Origin: Candidatus Avispirillum sp.
Lineage (GTDB): Bacteria > Bacillota > Clostridia > Oscillospirales > CAG-272
Assembly (NCBI GenBank): GCA_045641325.1
Contig: JAZUGU010000039.1
Span: 219 to 64,218 of the forward strand
Length of the DNA: 64,000 bases
Reading direction: 5' to 3'
Positions 38,958 to 48,976 of the stretch are shown one piece after another. Within the stretch, counting starts at the first letter, position 1. Every line of letters begins with the position of its first letter. The notes under the pieces are model-generated. The model saw only the letters and a program-made list of their open reading frames with translations. It was not told where the DNA came from and did not search any database. The position numbers and the translations under genes were made by a program.

Positions 38958-39884
38958 TCAGATATTGATGATTTTTTCGCCGTCAAAGAGAAGAAGGCCG
39001 AGACCGCATCCGGCGCTGTTTCCGGCTTTAAGCCAGTCGGCAAAACGCCTCTGCATATCTGTATCGCGGGGGAGGGCATCGGCATTACCGTCCCAATCCT
39101 TATTGTACAGTCTCCAGCAATCGTGGAAGCCGGCGTCGCCCCAGCTTGCCGTGATTTCAAAGCAACGCTGGAACTTCATGACGTTGGAATCGGGAGCGAG
39201 GAACTTTTCCATATCGCGGAAGAGAAGCCAGGAGGAACACTCCGTAACGAGAATGCCGTTCTGCATATACTCGGTTCCCTTGAAGAATTCGTATGCTTTT
39301 TTCAGCGATTCGGCCACGGATTCCCCGGTCAGTCTGCCGGAAGAAGGAATGTGGAGCTGAAGCGCTCTGCTCTTGTCACGGATGAGCTCAAGTCCGAATT
39401 TCGTGTAGGGCTCATTGGTGGCAAAGTATGCGGAATGCTCATACTGAAGCCTGCCCAGAGCAAATCTGTCGAGGCAGAAGAACAGGTCAAACCAAAATGC
39501 AACGAATGAACCCCAGATACCGTGCATTTTGTAGCACTCCATCAGCTTGTAACGAAGATCGAGCATGCTTTCACGCCATACGCCGTCGTCAATCCCGTTC
39601 TCACGGTACAGTTCTCTCAGGTGCTTTGAAAGACAGCAGTATATAAGTAGCTCTGCCGCATATGTATGAACTCCTGCATCGGCAGTAACTGAACGTACTG
39701 CGCCGAGCATTTCGTCAAAGTTTATTCTTCCTCGCTCGGCCGCCTCGTATGCCGTGATGTACTTTTCAAATACTCGGCGTGTGCTTTCGCACGCCATAAG
39801 TCTGTCGTAATCGGCAAGAAGCGATAAGGAAGCCTCTGCGGGGTATTCACAAAGCTCAAAAAAGTGTTCAAGATAATCTCTCAT
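38958..39884 (-). CDS. Hypothetical protein (possibly DUF5596/acyltransferase-like), first gene of the ACT-UPF0210 operon
   Basis: 308-aa ORF on the same strand, 8 nt upstream of the ACT gene. I recognise no confident motif. Confidence 0.6.
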   Translation of the reverse strand: MRDYLEHFFELCEYPAEASLSLLADYDRLMACESTRRVFEKYITAYEAAERGRINFDEMLGAVRSVTADAGVHTYAAELLIYCCLSKHLRELYRENGIDDGVWRESMLDLRYKLMECYKMHGIWGSFVAFWFDLFFCLDRFALGRLQYEHSAYFATNEPYTKFGLELIRDKSRALQLHIPSSGRLTGESVAESLKKAYEFFKGTEYMQNGILVTECSSWLLFRDMEKFLAPDSNVMKFQRCFEITASWGDAGFHDCWRLYNKDWDGNADALPRDTDMQRRFADWLKAGNSAGCGLGLLLFDGEKIINI

Positions 39885-39983
39885 GGCACACCTGTCCTTT
39901 TATCGTAACGATTACATTTATTATAAAACACGTGCCGGAAAAAATCAATAGGCGAGAAAATAAAAGAAAAATAAAAAAACCTA

Positions 39984-40012
39984 TTGACATTCCCCGAGAG
40001 GGGTGATATAAT
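39984..40012 (+). promoter_or_regulatory. Promoter of the infC-rpmI-rplT operon
   Basis: TTGACA, 17 nt spacer, TATAAT. Confidence 0.6.
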
Positions 40013-40157
40013 AGCGGAGCAAAAAGAAGAAGAACGTACTCCGTTCTCACCGTGCCGCAAGGGCGAGCATCGGTTCAATAAAGCTGTTCACCCATAGGGT
40101 GTAGTTTTGTGCGGAGTATGCTCCGCACTTTTTATTTATTAACGGAGGTGCACAACT
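40013..40157 (+). promoter_or_regulatory. L20-leader-like attenuator (leader with terminator hairpin 40109-40135)
   Basis: About 145-nt leader ends in tgcggag-tatg-ctccgca plus ctttttattt, immediately before the infC RBS. The position matches the L20-dependent attenuator known in Bacillus. Confidence 0.5.
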
Positions 40158-40751
40158 ATCAGCACTAAAGAACTTCTTATCAATGATGATATCCGTGCAA
40201 AGGAAGTCCGCCTTCTCAATGAAGACGGCGACCAGATGGGTATCATGAGCCTCAGCGAAGCAAAAAGCTATGCCGAGGACAAGGGGGTAGATCTCGTATG
40301 CATCGCTCCTCAGGCCACTCCTCCCGTATGCCGTGCCATGGATTACGGTAAGTACCGCTATGAGCAGGACAAACGTGAAAAGGAACAGAAGAAAAAGCAG
40401 CAGGTCGTTGAAGTCAAAGAGGTACAGCTTTCATGCCGTATCGATAAGCACGATTTCGACACAAAAGCCGCACGTGCCATCAAGTTTCTTAAAGAGGGCA
40501 ACAAGGTCAGAGTATGTCTGCGCTTCAAGGGCAGAGAAATGGCTCACCAGGATCTGGGCCGTGAGGTCATCGCAAAGTTCAAAGAGGCATGCGAAGAATT
40601 TTCCACTATGGATAAGAAGCCCACTCTCGAGGGCCGTCAGATGACGATGTTTCTTGTGCCGATAAAAGCATCCGCCAAAAAGCAGGAGAAGGCAGAAAAG
40701 CCTGCGGCTGAAGAAACAGCTCCCGCAGCAGAGCCCGTATCCGAAGAATAA
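40158..40751 (+). CDS. infC: Translation initiation factor IF-3 (non-AUG ATC start)
   Basis: ISTKELLINDDIRAKEVRLL... is conserved IF-3 N-terminus upstream of the first ATG (40236). An in-frame stop at 40140 leaves only ATC 40158, 9 nt after GGAGG. Confidence 0.9.
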   Translation: MSTKELLINDDIRAKEVRLLNEDGDQMGIMSLSEAKSYAEDKGVDLVCIAPQATPPVCRAMDYGKYRYEQDKREKEQKKKQQVVEVKEVQLSCRIDKHDFDTKAARAIKFLKEGNKVRVCLRFKGREMAHQDLGREVIAKFKEACEEFSTMDKKPTLEGRQMTMFLVPIKASAKKQEKAEKPAAEETAPAAEPVSEE

Positions 40752-40806
40752 GCTTACTTTTTGCGGAGAGATCCGCTAATACACAATACCGAAAGGAATT
40801 ATAACA

Positions 40807-41010
40807 ATGGCAAAGATCAAGATCAAATCTCACAGAGCATCTTGCAAGCGCTTCAGCGTAACCGGTACCGGCAAGGTTAAGATGCATCATTCTTCCCACC
40901 GTCACAACCTGAGCACAAATAAAACTCAGAAGCAGAAGAGACGTCTCCGTGGCGCTGATATGCTCAGCCCTGCAATGGAAGCAAACGTCAAGAGACTTAT
41001 TTTGAAATAA
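40807..41010 (+). CDS. rpmI: 50S ribosomal protein L35
   Basis: MAKIKIKSHRASCKRF... Confidence 0.95.
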   Translation: MAKIKIKSHRASCKRFSVTGTGKVKMHHSSHRHNLSTNKTQKQKRRLRGADMLSPAMEANVKRLILK

Positions 41011-41052
41011 TCTCCATCGGAGAATTCTTAGGATTGAGAAAGGAATAGAGAA

Positions 41053-41406
41053 ATGGCAAGAGTAAAAGGCGCTATGATGACGCGCAAGAGAAGAAATAGA
41101 GTTCTTAAAGCAGCGAAAGGTTACTGGGGTTCCAAATCCAAGCACTTCAAGATGGCTAAACAGGCCGTAATGAAGAGCGGTAACTATGCATACATCGGCA
41201 GAAAACAGAAGAAGAGAGATTTCAGACAGCTGTGGATCGCACGTATCTCTGCACAGGCAAAGGTATGCGGCATCAATTATTCTCAGCTTATGCACGGCCT
41301 CAAGAAGGCAGGCATCGATCTGAACAGAAAGATGCTCTCTGAGATCGCAATATCCGATAAGGAAGCTTTTGCAGCTCTCGTAGAGAAGGCAAAGGCAGCG
41401 CTTTAA
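41053..41406 (+). CDS. rplT: 50S ribosomal protein L20
   Basis: [26 protein letters not shown]... Confidence 0.95.
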   Translation: MARVKGAMMTRKRRNRVLKAAKGYWGSKSKHFKMAKQAVMKSGNYAYIGRKQKKRDFRQLWIARISAQAKVCGINYSQLMHGLKKAGIDLNRKMLSEIAISDKEAFAALVEKAKAAL

Positions 41407-41419
41407 TCAAGATAATGAA

Positions 41420-41452
41420 GAACCCCACGTGCACGCACGTGTGGGTTCTTTT
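41420..41452 (+). terminator. Intrinsic terminator after rplT
   Basis: gaaccccacgtg...cacgtgtgggttc followed by tttt. Confidence 0.6.
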
Positions 41453-41476
41453 ACGTGCAAACGAATTGAGGGTATT

Positions 41477-42262
41477 ATGGGAGAAACATACATTTCATCA
41501 CGGACTAATCCTACCGTTGTAATGCTTGCTTCGCTTCAGTCCAAAAAGGGCAGATGTGCGAACGGACTGTATCTGTGCGAGGGCAGAAAGCTCTGCGCGG
41601 AGGCGGCAGGACGGTGCACAGTCCGCTATACGGCTGTGAAAGAAAGCTGTGATACGGAAGACCTGCGTGCCATCGCATCAAAGGCAGGCGGGGAACTGAT
41701 CGTGCTGTCTGACGGGGCTTTTGACAAGATTTCCTCCGATACGTCGCCCGACGGCCTTATATTTGCGGTCGAGATGCTCGAAAACAATGGCTTTGCCGAA
41801 AACGGCGAAACGGTGTTTGCTCTTGAATGTGTAAGAGACCCCGGCAACGTGGGTACGGTCATCAGAACTGCGGCGGCGTTCGGTATAGACAGACTTATCC
41901 TTGCCGATTGTGCCGATATATACAATCCCAAAACCGTGCGTGCTTCCATGGGCGCTCTTTTCAAAATGAAGTTCACCGTCTGCGGTGAACTGGACGAAAT
42001 AATTCCGATGCTGAAAAAACAGGGCAGACGTGTTATTTCTACTGCGCTTGCAGGCGATTCAATGTCACTTTCGAAAACAGTCCTTCATCCCTCCGACTGT
42101 ATTATTGTGGGAAATGAAGGCCACGGAATAAAAGAAGAAACCGTTCGGATTTCGGACGGAACGATGATAATACCGATGACGGATAAAACCGAAAGCCTCA
42201 ATGCGGCAACTGCCTCTGCAGTGCTTCTCTGGGAAATGGGAAAAGTCATCGGAAAACTGTAA
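41477..42262 (+). CDS. TrmH/SpoU family RNA 2'-O-methyltransferase
   Basis: VRDPGNVGTVIRTAAAFG, IVGNEGHGI and LNAATASAVLLWE motifs. The ORF-track start at 41429 lies inside the rplT terminator. Confidence 0.85.
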   Translation: MGETYISSRTNPTVVMLASLQSKKGRCANGLYLCEGRKLCAEAAGRCTVRYTAVKESCDTEDLRAIASKAGGELIVLSDGAFDKISSDTSPDGLIFAVEMLENNGFAENGETVFALECVRDPGNVGTVIRTAAAFGIDRLILADCADIYNPKTVRASMGALFKMKFTVCGELDEIIPMLKKQGRRVISTALAGDSMSLSKTVLHPSDCIIVGNEGHGIKEETVRISDGTMIIPMTDKTESLNAATASAVLLWEMGKVIGKL

Positions 42263-42271
42263 GGACAGCTT

Positions 42272-43576
42272 ATGACCGATAATCGTAAATACTGGTTGTG
42301 GATGTCACATTCATGCGGGCAGGGAAGCCGGTCTGCCGTGGATATTTTAAGATTCTACGGTTTTCCCGAGCATGTGTACGAATCCACTCCCGATACAATC
42401 AGAAAAGACGTAAAAGGTATAGACAACAAGGTGCTTGCCCGCCTTGGCAGAAAATCGCTTCTCGAAGAAGAGGACATAATAAGATGGTGCGATAATAACG
42501 GCGTCACTATCCTTACTCCGGACAGGGAAGAATATCCCAAAAGCCTTCTGAATCTTAAGGATGCACCGTTGGTGCTGTACGTTCTCGGAGAAATCCCCGA
42601 CTTTGATAATTATATGTCGTGTGCTGTCGTAGGTACAAGGACCATGTCCGATTACGGCAAGAAAATGGCATATAAGATCGGCGCGGGACTTGCTGACGGC
42701 GGATCAGTTATCATAAGCGGTCTTGCCCTCGGAGTTGACGGAATGGCGATGGCTGGTGCCATAGAAGCCGGAGGAAAATGTGTCGCCGTCCTCGGATGCG
42801 GTATTGACGTGGTATATCCGAGAGAGCATGAAGCACTCCTCAGGAAAGTGCTTGACAGCGGCGCGGTGATAACGGAGTACGCTCCGGGCGTTTCGCCGCT
42901 CGGACAGCATTTCCCGGTAAGAAACAGGATAATCAGCGGACTCAGCCGTGCGGTATGCGTCGTCGAAGGCAATATGTCCAGCGGATCGCTTATTACGGCA
43001 CGCCATGCATTGTATCAGGGAAGAAGCGTTTACGCAGTCCCCGGCGCTGTGGGTGAGCCCGGATCCGAAGCTCCGAATTTCCTCTTGAAGCAGGGCGCAC
43101 AGATTGTTACTAAAGCTGACGATATCCTTGAAAATTATGAATTCATATACCCGCATACACTGAGACTTGATTCATCCGTGCCCCATATATCCCCCGATGA
43201 GGCTGCAGCAGATTACAGAGTTGCGGCACGTGGCGGAAAAAAGAGAACAGCGGAGAAAAAACATCCGGAAAAGAAAGAAGCACCTGCCGAAAAGCCCTTT
43301 CCGGAGCTTGAGGAAAACAAAAAAGTCAAGCACATTGATATCGGTTCTCTCGGCCCGGACGAACGTAAAGTATTTGATTTCATGAAAGACGACGTGCCGA
43401 TGGTCACGGAGGAGATCGCAAAATGCGGGCTTTCCATGTCGCAGATAATGGTCTCTTTGACTATGCTTGAAATCGCCGGCGCAGTCGAAGCCGGAGCCGG
43501 AGGATACTATCTTAAAAGAGCTGCCGATTACGGCGGCGATCCGGAATATATAACCGAAGATGACGACGGCTTATAA
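42272..43576 (+). CDS. dprA: DNA-processing protein DprA (Smf) with Lys/Glu-rich linker and C-terminal winged-helix-like region
   Basis: AVVGTRTMSDYG, SGLALGVDGMAMAGA and FPVRNRIISGLS motifs. Confidence 0.9.
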   Translation: MTDNRKYWLWMSHSCGQGSRSAVDILRFYGFPEHVYESTPDTIRKDVKGIDNKVLARLGRKSLLEEEDIIRWCDNNGVTILTPDREEYPKSLLNLKDAPLVLYVLGEIPDFDNYMSCAVVGTRTMSDYGKKMAYKIGAGLADGGSVIISGLALGVDGMAMAGAIEAGGKCVAVLGCGIDVVYPREHEALLRKVLDSGAVITEYAPGVSPLGQHFPVRNRIISGLSRAVCVVEGNMSSGSLITARHALYQGRSVYAVPGAVGEPGSEAPNFLLKQGAQIVTKADDILENYEFIYPHTLRLDSSVPHISPDEAAADYRVAARGGKKRTAEKKHPEKKEAPAEKPFPELEENKKVKHIDIGSLGPDERKVFDFMKDDVPMVTEEIAKCGLSMSQIMVSLTMLEIAGAVEAGAGGYYLKRAADYGGDPEYITEDDDGL

Positions 43577-43592
43577 AATTTTCAATTTATTA

Positions 43593-43621
43593 TTGAATTC
43601 GTAAACGATTGTGTATATAAT
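43593..43621 (+). promoter_or_regulatory. Candidate topA promoter
   Basis: TTGAAT, 17 nt spacer, TATAAT. Confidence 0.5.
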
Positions 43622-43655
43622 ATTGAAATGAAAAATCAGAGGAGGACAGAATAAT

Positions 43656-45908
43656 ATGTCAAATCTTGTAATAGTGGAGTCTCCTGCAAAAGCGAATACG
43701 ATCAAAGGCTATCTCGGTCACAATTATAAAGTGGTCGCTTCGAAGGGCCACGTAAGAGACCTGCCTAAATCTACAATAGGAATAGATATCGATAACGATT
43801 TCGAGCCTCACTATATAAATATCAGAGGCAAGGGAGATCTTATCAAAGAACTGAAAAAAGAAGCATCCAAGGCTGACAAAGTCTTTCTCGCAACGGACCC
43901 TGACCGCGAGGGCGAAGCTATTTCATGGCACCTTGCGGGAACTCTGGGTATCCCGCTTGAAAAGGCAAAAAGGATCACCTTTAACGAAATAACCAAAACA
44001 GCGATCAAGGAAGCGATAAAAGCTCCCCGCTCCATAGATATGGATCTGGTCAATTCACAGCAGACCAGAAGAATACTGGACCGTATCGTTGGCTATAAGC
44101 TTTCTCCTTTCCTTTGGAAAAAAGTAAGAAGCGGCCTTTCCGCCGGACGTGTTCAGTCTGCTGCAACGAAAATCATCGTTGAAAGAGAAAACGAGATCAG
44201 AGCATTTGTCCCCGTTGAATACTGGACTGTTGACGCAGTTCTCGAAACTGCAAAGGGTAAGGAGCTTACCGCCCGTTTCTACGGAAAAACCGCAGAAAAA
44301 ACAAAAATGGAAGTTTCAGACGGCAAGACTGCCGAGACTATATGCTCAAGTGTCCGCGGCAAGGATTTCAAGGCTGTCGAAGTGAAAAAGGGAACGAAGG
44401 TAAAATCCCCCGCACCGCCCTTTATCACGTCTACTCTCCTGCAGGAAGCATCCAGAAAACTCAATTTCCAGTCTCAGCGCACCATGCGTGTTGCGCAGGA
44501 GCTATATGAGGGTATCAACCTCGGTTCAGACGGCGGAGTACAGGGTCTTATCACTTACATGAGAACCGACTCTCTGAGAATCGCCGTAGAGGCGCAGTCT
44601 GCCGCAAAGGATTATATTCTTGAAAAATTCGGCGATAAGTTCTATCCCGCGTCCACCAGAGTGTATAAGTCCGAAGCAAACGCTCAGGACGCTCACGAAG
44701 CTATCCGTCCTTCTTCCATGAAGCTGGAGCCTGCAAAGGTAAGACGTCACCTGACGCCCGACCAGTACAAGCTTTATAAGCTCATCTGGGACAGATTCGT
44801 GGCAAGCCAGATGGCAAATGCGGAGCTTGATACCGTATCTGCCGATTTCGATTGTGCCGGATATCTGTTCCGTGCAAGCGGCTATTCCGTAAAATTCAAC
44901 GGATATATGGCAGTTTATGAGGAATCTACCGATGAGAAAAACGAGGAGGGCGCAAAAAAGCTTCCTGCCATCACAGAAGGCGAAATGCTGAACGGTAAGA
45001 ATGTGGAAGCAGCACAGCACTTCACTGAGCCTCCGGCAAGATATACCGAAGCTACTCTCATCAAATTCCTCAAGGAAAAGGGAATAGGCAGACCCTCCAC
45101 TTATACGCCTATCATTACGATCATCATATCGAGAGGATACGTTGCCCGTGACGGCAAATCTCTCTATCCCACGCCTCTCGGAGAAGTGACCACCAAGCTT
45201 ATGGCAGAGCATTTCCCCGACATCGTTGACTATAAGTTTACCGCAGATATGGAAGACAGACTCGACCATATCGAAAAAGGCGGCGAGGAAATGATCAGCG
45301 TGCTCAGCGGCTTCTATAACGGCTTCAGCAAGGAGCTTGATGCAGCAATGGAATCTGTTTCCAAAGATGATATCGAGGTGCCCGTTGAGGAAACCGACAT
45401 TATCTGCGATAAGTGCGGAAGCAAAATGATCGTAAAGAACGGCCGCTTCGGCAAATTTGCGGCTTGCCCCAACTATCCTACCTGTAAGAATACCAAGCCT
45501 CTCGTCAAAAAAGATACTGAAGCGGCGCAGAAAAAACTTGAGGTCGCTCCTACAAAGTGTGAGCTTTGCGGCTCCGATATGGTTCTCCGTACCGGCAGAT
45601 ACGGCTCATTCTATGCCTGCGTAAAATATCCCCAGTGTAAATTCACCAAGCAGAAGGTCAAGGAACTTGGCGTTAAGTGCCCCGATTGCGGCTCCGAGAT
45701 CGTTACCAAGTACGGCAGAAACAAGACCGTGTTCTACAGCTGCTCCAAGTATCCCGAATGTCAGTTCTCCTCATGGGATCTTCCCACCAACGAGAAATGC
45801 CCCGACTGCGGAAAAATGCTTTTCAGAAAGAAAGGCAAAGACCAGCTCGTATGCAAGACCGAGGGATGCGGATATAAGCGTGACGACGTACCTGCAAACG
45901 AAGAATAA
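43656..45908 (+). CDS. topA: DNA topoisomerase I
   Basis: TOPRIM LVIVESPAKA...DPDREGE, active-site region YMRTDS, and several C-terminal CxxC...CxxC zinc ribbons. Confidence 0.95.
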   Translation: MSNLVIVESPAKANTIKGYLGHNYKVVASKGHVRDLPKSTIGIDIDNDFEPHYINIRGKGDLIKELKKEASKADKVFLATDPDREGEAISWHLAGTLGIPLEKAKRITFNEITKTAIKEAIKAPRSIDMDLVNSQQTRRILDRIVGYKLSPFLWKKVRSGLSAGRVQSAATKIIVERENEIRAFVPVEYWTVDAVLETAKGKELTARFYGKTAEKTKMEVSDGKTAETICSSVRGKDFKAVEVKKGTKVKSPAPPFITSTLLQEASRKLNFQSQRTMRVAQELYEGINLGSDGGVQGLITYMRTDSLRIAVEAQSAAKDYILEKFGDKFYPASTRVYKSEANAQDAHEAIRPSSMKLEPAKVRRHLTPDQYKLYKLIWDRFVASQMANAELDTVSADFDCAGYLFRASGYSVKFNGYMAVYEESTDEKNEEGAKKLPAITEGEMLNGKNVEAAQHFTEPPARYTEATLIKFLKEKGIGRPSTYTPIITIIISRGYVARDGKSLYPTPLGEVTTKLMAEHFPDIVDYKFTADMEDRLDHIEKGGEEMISVLSGFYNGFSKELDAAMESVSKDDIEVPVEETDIICDKCGSKMIVKNGRFGKFAACPNYPTCKNTKPLVKKDTEAAQKKLEVAPTKCELCGSDMVLRTGRYGSFYACVKYPQCKFTKQKVKELGVKCPDCGSEIVTKYGRNKTVFYSCSKYPECQFSSWDLPTNEKCPDCGKMLFRKKGKDQLVCKTEGCGYKRDDVPANEE

Positions 45909-47230
45909 TGGATATAAGAATCATCGGAGCAGGGCTTGCCGGCTGTGAAGCGGCATGGCAGGCGGCAAACAGAGGCTGCAGGGTGATCCTTTATGAAATG
46001 AAGCCGGAGAAAAAAACACCGGCTCATTCATATAACGGCTTTGCGGAACTCGTATGCTCCAACTCTCTCAGATCGAACGACGTGACCAGCGGAGTAGGCC
46101 TCCTTAAAGAAGAGCTTCGCAGAATGGGCTCGCTCATTATGGAAGCGGCGGAACAGACCAAAGTTTCAGCCGGAGGCGCACTTGCCGTTGACAGAGTTGC
46201 GTTTTCCGACTATATCACGGAGAAGATCAAAAATCATCCCAATATAGAAGTGGTTTACGGAGAGATCACCGAAATACCCGATGACGGTATCACGGTGATC
46301 GCTACCGGGCCTCTCACATCCGACTCGCTTGCCGGAAAGATCGCAGAGCTTGTTGGCGGCAGAAAGCTGTCTTTCTTCGATGCGGCGGCTCCTATTGTGG
46401 ATTTTTCGTCTGTTGACATGACGAAGGCTTTTTTCGCGTCAAGATATGACAAAGGAACTCCGGATTATATCAACTGTCCTATGAACGCCGAGGAGTATAA
46501 GGCGTTCTATGAGGCCTTGTATAATGCGGAGACCGCACAGCTCCACGACTTTGAAAAAGGCGAAAAGCTTAAGGTCTTTGAGGGGTGTATGCCCGTTGAG
46601 GTCATGGCGAAAAGAGGCGAGGAAACCCTCCGCTTCGGCCCTATGAAGCCGGTCGGAATACATCATCCCGAAACAGGGGAATCTTACTATGCGGTAGTAC
46701 AGCTTAGGCGTGAAAACGAGGAAGGCACCATGTTCAACCTGGTTGGCTTCCAGACTCATCTCACATTTCCCGAGCAGAGAAGAGTATTCCGCATGATACC
46801 GGGTCTTGAGAATGCCGAATTTTTGAGATACGGCGTTATGCACAGAAATACTTTTCTGAATTCTCCCGGTATGCTTTGCCCGGACTACTCCATGAAAGAT
46901 AACCGGGATCTGTTCTTTGCAGGTCAGATGACCGGTGTCGAAGGATATATCGAATCGGCGGCCTCGGGCTTTGTTGCCGGTCTTTCCGCATCGGCAAGAG
47001 CCATGGGAAAAGAGCCGTTCATATTCCCCGATACCACAATGATCGGTGCAATGGCACATTACGTCAGCGAAGGCGGAGAAAACGATTTTCAGCCTATGAA
47101 TGCCAATTTCGGTATCATAGCACATACGGAAGAAAAGATCAAAGGCGGCAAGAAGATAAGATATCAGTTCTACGCCGATCGTGCTCTTAAAGAAATTGAC
47201 GGTATAGTATCCGAAAAAGGTTTGTTATGA
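45908..47230 (+). CDS. trmFO: Methylenetetrahydrofolate--tRNA-(uracil-5-)-methyltransferase TrmFO
   Basis: IIGAGLAGCEAAWQ FAD motif...GQMTGVEGYIESAASG. Confidence 0.93.
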   Translation: MDIRIIGAGLAGCEAAWQAANRGCRVILYEMKPEKKTPAHSYNGFAELVCSNSLRSNDVTSGVGLLKEELRRMGSLIMEAAEQTKVSAGGALAVDRVAFSDYITEKIKNHPNIEVVYGEITEIPDDGITVIATGPLTSDSLAGKIAELVGGRKLSFFDAAAPIVDFSSVDMTKAFFASRYDKGTPDYINCPMNAEEYKAFYEALYNAETAQLHDFEKGEKLKVFEGCMPVEVMAKRGEETLRFGPMKPVGIHHPETGESYYAVVQLRRENEEGTMFNLVGFQTHLTFPEQRRVFRMIPGLENAEFLRYGVMHRNTFLNSPGMLCPDYSMKDNRDLFFAGQMTGVEGYIESAASGFVAGLSASARAMGKEPFIFPDTTMIGAMAHYVSEGGENDFQPMNANFGIIAHTEEKIKGGKKIRYQFYADRALKEIDGIVSEKGLL

Positions 47231-48255
47231 AGATAATCATTGATGCTATGGGCGGCGATAACGCACCCGATGCAATAGTAAAAGGAACAGTCGATGCGGC
47301 TGAAAAATATCCGGACATTTTGATGGTCCTCGTGGGCAGGGAAGCCGAGATCAGAGCTTCTGCGGAAAAGCAGGGAATCTCTCTCAGTTCTGTCAGAATA
47401 GTGAACGCAGAGGAAGTCATAACAATGGAGGATAATCCTGCAGAGGCGTTCAGAAATAAAAAGGACTCATCCATGTGTGCGGGTCTCAGAATGCTGAAAG
47501 AGAATGACGGTGACGTGTTCATTTCCGCGGGAAGTACCGGTGCTCTCATTTTCTGCGCTACAATGACGGTGAGACGCCTTCCCGGCGTTGACAGGCCCTG
47601 CCTCGCGGCGGTACTGCCTTTTGAGAATCCTACGATGATACTCGATTCCGGCGCAAATATCGAGGTGAAGCCCGAATATATGGCGCAGTGGGCTTTGCTC
47701 GGAAGCATTTATTATAAAAAACTGTTCGGCAAAGAGTATCCCGCGGTGGGCCTTCTCAACAACGGCGCCGAGGAAACAAAAGGAACTCACCTTCAAACCG
47801 AAACCTACGAGATCCTGAAGGAAATGAAAAATATCAATTTTGCCGGAAATATCGAGGGCAGATATGTTCCTTACGGCAGATGCGACGTCCTGCTGTGCGA
47901 CGGCTTTACAGGAAATATTCTCCTGAAATATACGGAGGGTATTGCCAAAATGTTTATGGGATGCCTGAAGGATACTCTGTATAAGAGCCCGGTCAATAAA
48001 TTTGCCGGACTTATGATACAGAAGGATCTGAACGGTATAAAGGAAAAGTTCAATTATAAGAACTACGGCGGAGCTCCCGTCATAGGCCTTTCAAAGCCGG
48101 TATTCAAGGCACACGGCAATTCCGATGCCAATTCTTTTGCAAATGCATTAGGGCAGGCTGTCAGCTTCATCAGAGGCGGTGCAGGAGCAGAGATACAGGG
48201 CGCTTCCGAATATCTCAAGAAAATGAAAGAAGAAAGGAAAGCGGAAAATGTCTGA
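47227..48255 (+). CDS. plsX: Phosphate acyltransferase PlsX
   Basis: IIDAMGGDNAP...ISAGSTGA motifs. Confidence 0.93.
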   Translation: MKIIIDAMGGDNAPDAIVKGTVDAAEKYPDILMVLVGREAEIRASAEKQGISLSSVRIVNAEEVITMEDNPAEAFRNKKDSSMCAGLRMLKENDGDVFISAGSTGALIFCATMTVRRLPGVDRPCLAAVLPFENPTMILDSGANIEVKPEYMAQWALLGSIYYKKLFGKEYPAVGLLNNGAEETKGTHLQTETYEILKEMKNINFAGNIEGRYVPYGRCDVLLCDGFTGNILLKYTEGIAKMFMGCLKDTLYKSPVNKFAGLMIQKDLNGIKEKFNYKNYGGAPVIGLSKPVFKAHGNSDANSFANALGQAVSFIRGGAGAEIQGASEYLKKMKEERKAENV

Positions 48256-48976
48256 AACAGTTCTTCCTCTTGACCGATCCGACCTTGAAAAGAAAATCGG
48301 ATATTCTTTCAAAGATAAATCACTGATCGATGAAGCGCTGACTCACTCTTCATACGTCAACGAGCACAGAAATACAAATGAAGAATGTAACGAAAGACTT
48401 GAGTTTTTCGGTGATTCCGTCCTTTCTGTGATAGTATCAAAATATCTGTTTTCAAAATACACCTCAAGACAGGAGGGCGATCTGACCAAAATCCGTGCAG
48501 CTGTCGTTTGCGAAAAAGCACTTGCGAAGTACGCAAAGGAAATTGATCTCGGAGATTATCTCAGAATGGGTAACGGCGAGGAGAAAAACAACGGCCGTCA
48601 CCGTGCATCAATAACGTCCGATGCTTTTGAAGCAGTTCTTGCGGCAATGTATATAGACACGGGATACGACGCCCGTCGGGTGGGAGAATTTCTTATGCCG
48701 TTCGTGCTGAACGAAATAGACGATCTCAAAACCGGCGAGTCTTTTGTCGATTATAAAACTGCACTTCAGCAGATAATACAGCAGGCTGACGGCGAGAAAC
48801 TGCAGTATGACGTAATAGGTGAAGAAGGCCCCGATCATGAAAAAATATTCACAGTTGAGGCAAAGCTCAATTCAAATGTGATAGGTGTGGGAAAAGGACC
48901 TTCCAAAAGAGCGGCGGAGCAGAATGCCGCAAAAGAAGCACTGAGCCTTTTCGGCTCTGACGGTAAAACCGAATGA
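48248..48976 (+). CDS. rnc: Ribonuclease III
   Basis: NERLEFFGDSVL signature and a C-terminal dsRBD. Confidence 0.93.
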   Translation: MSETVLPLDRSDLEKKIGYSFKDKSLIDEALTHSSYVNEHRNTNEECNERLEFFGDSVLSVIVSKYLFSKYTSRQEGDLTKIRAAVVCEKALAKYAKEIDLGDYLRMGNGEEKNNGRHRASITSDAFEAVLAAMYIDTGYDARRVGEFLMPFVLNEIDDLKTGESFVDYKTALQQIIQQADGEKLQYDVIGEEGPDHEKIFTVEAKLNSNVIGVGKGPSKRAAEQNAAKEALSLFGSDGKTE

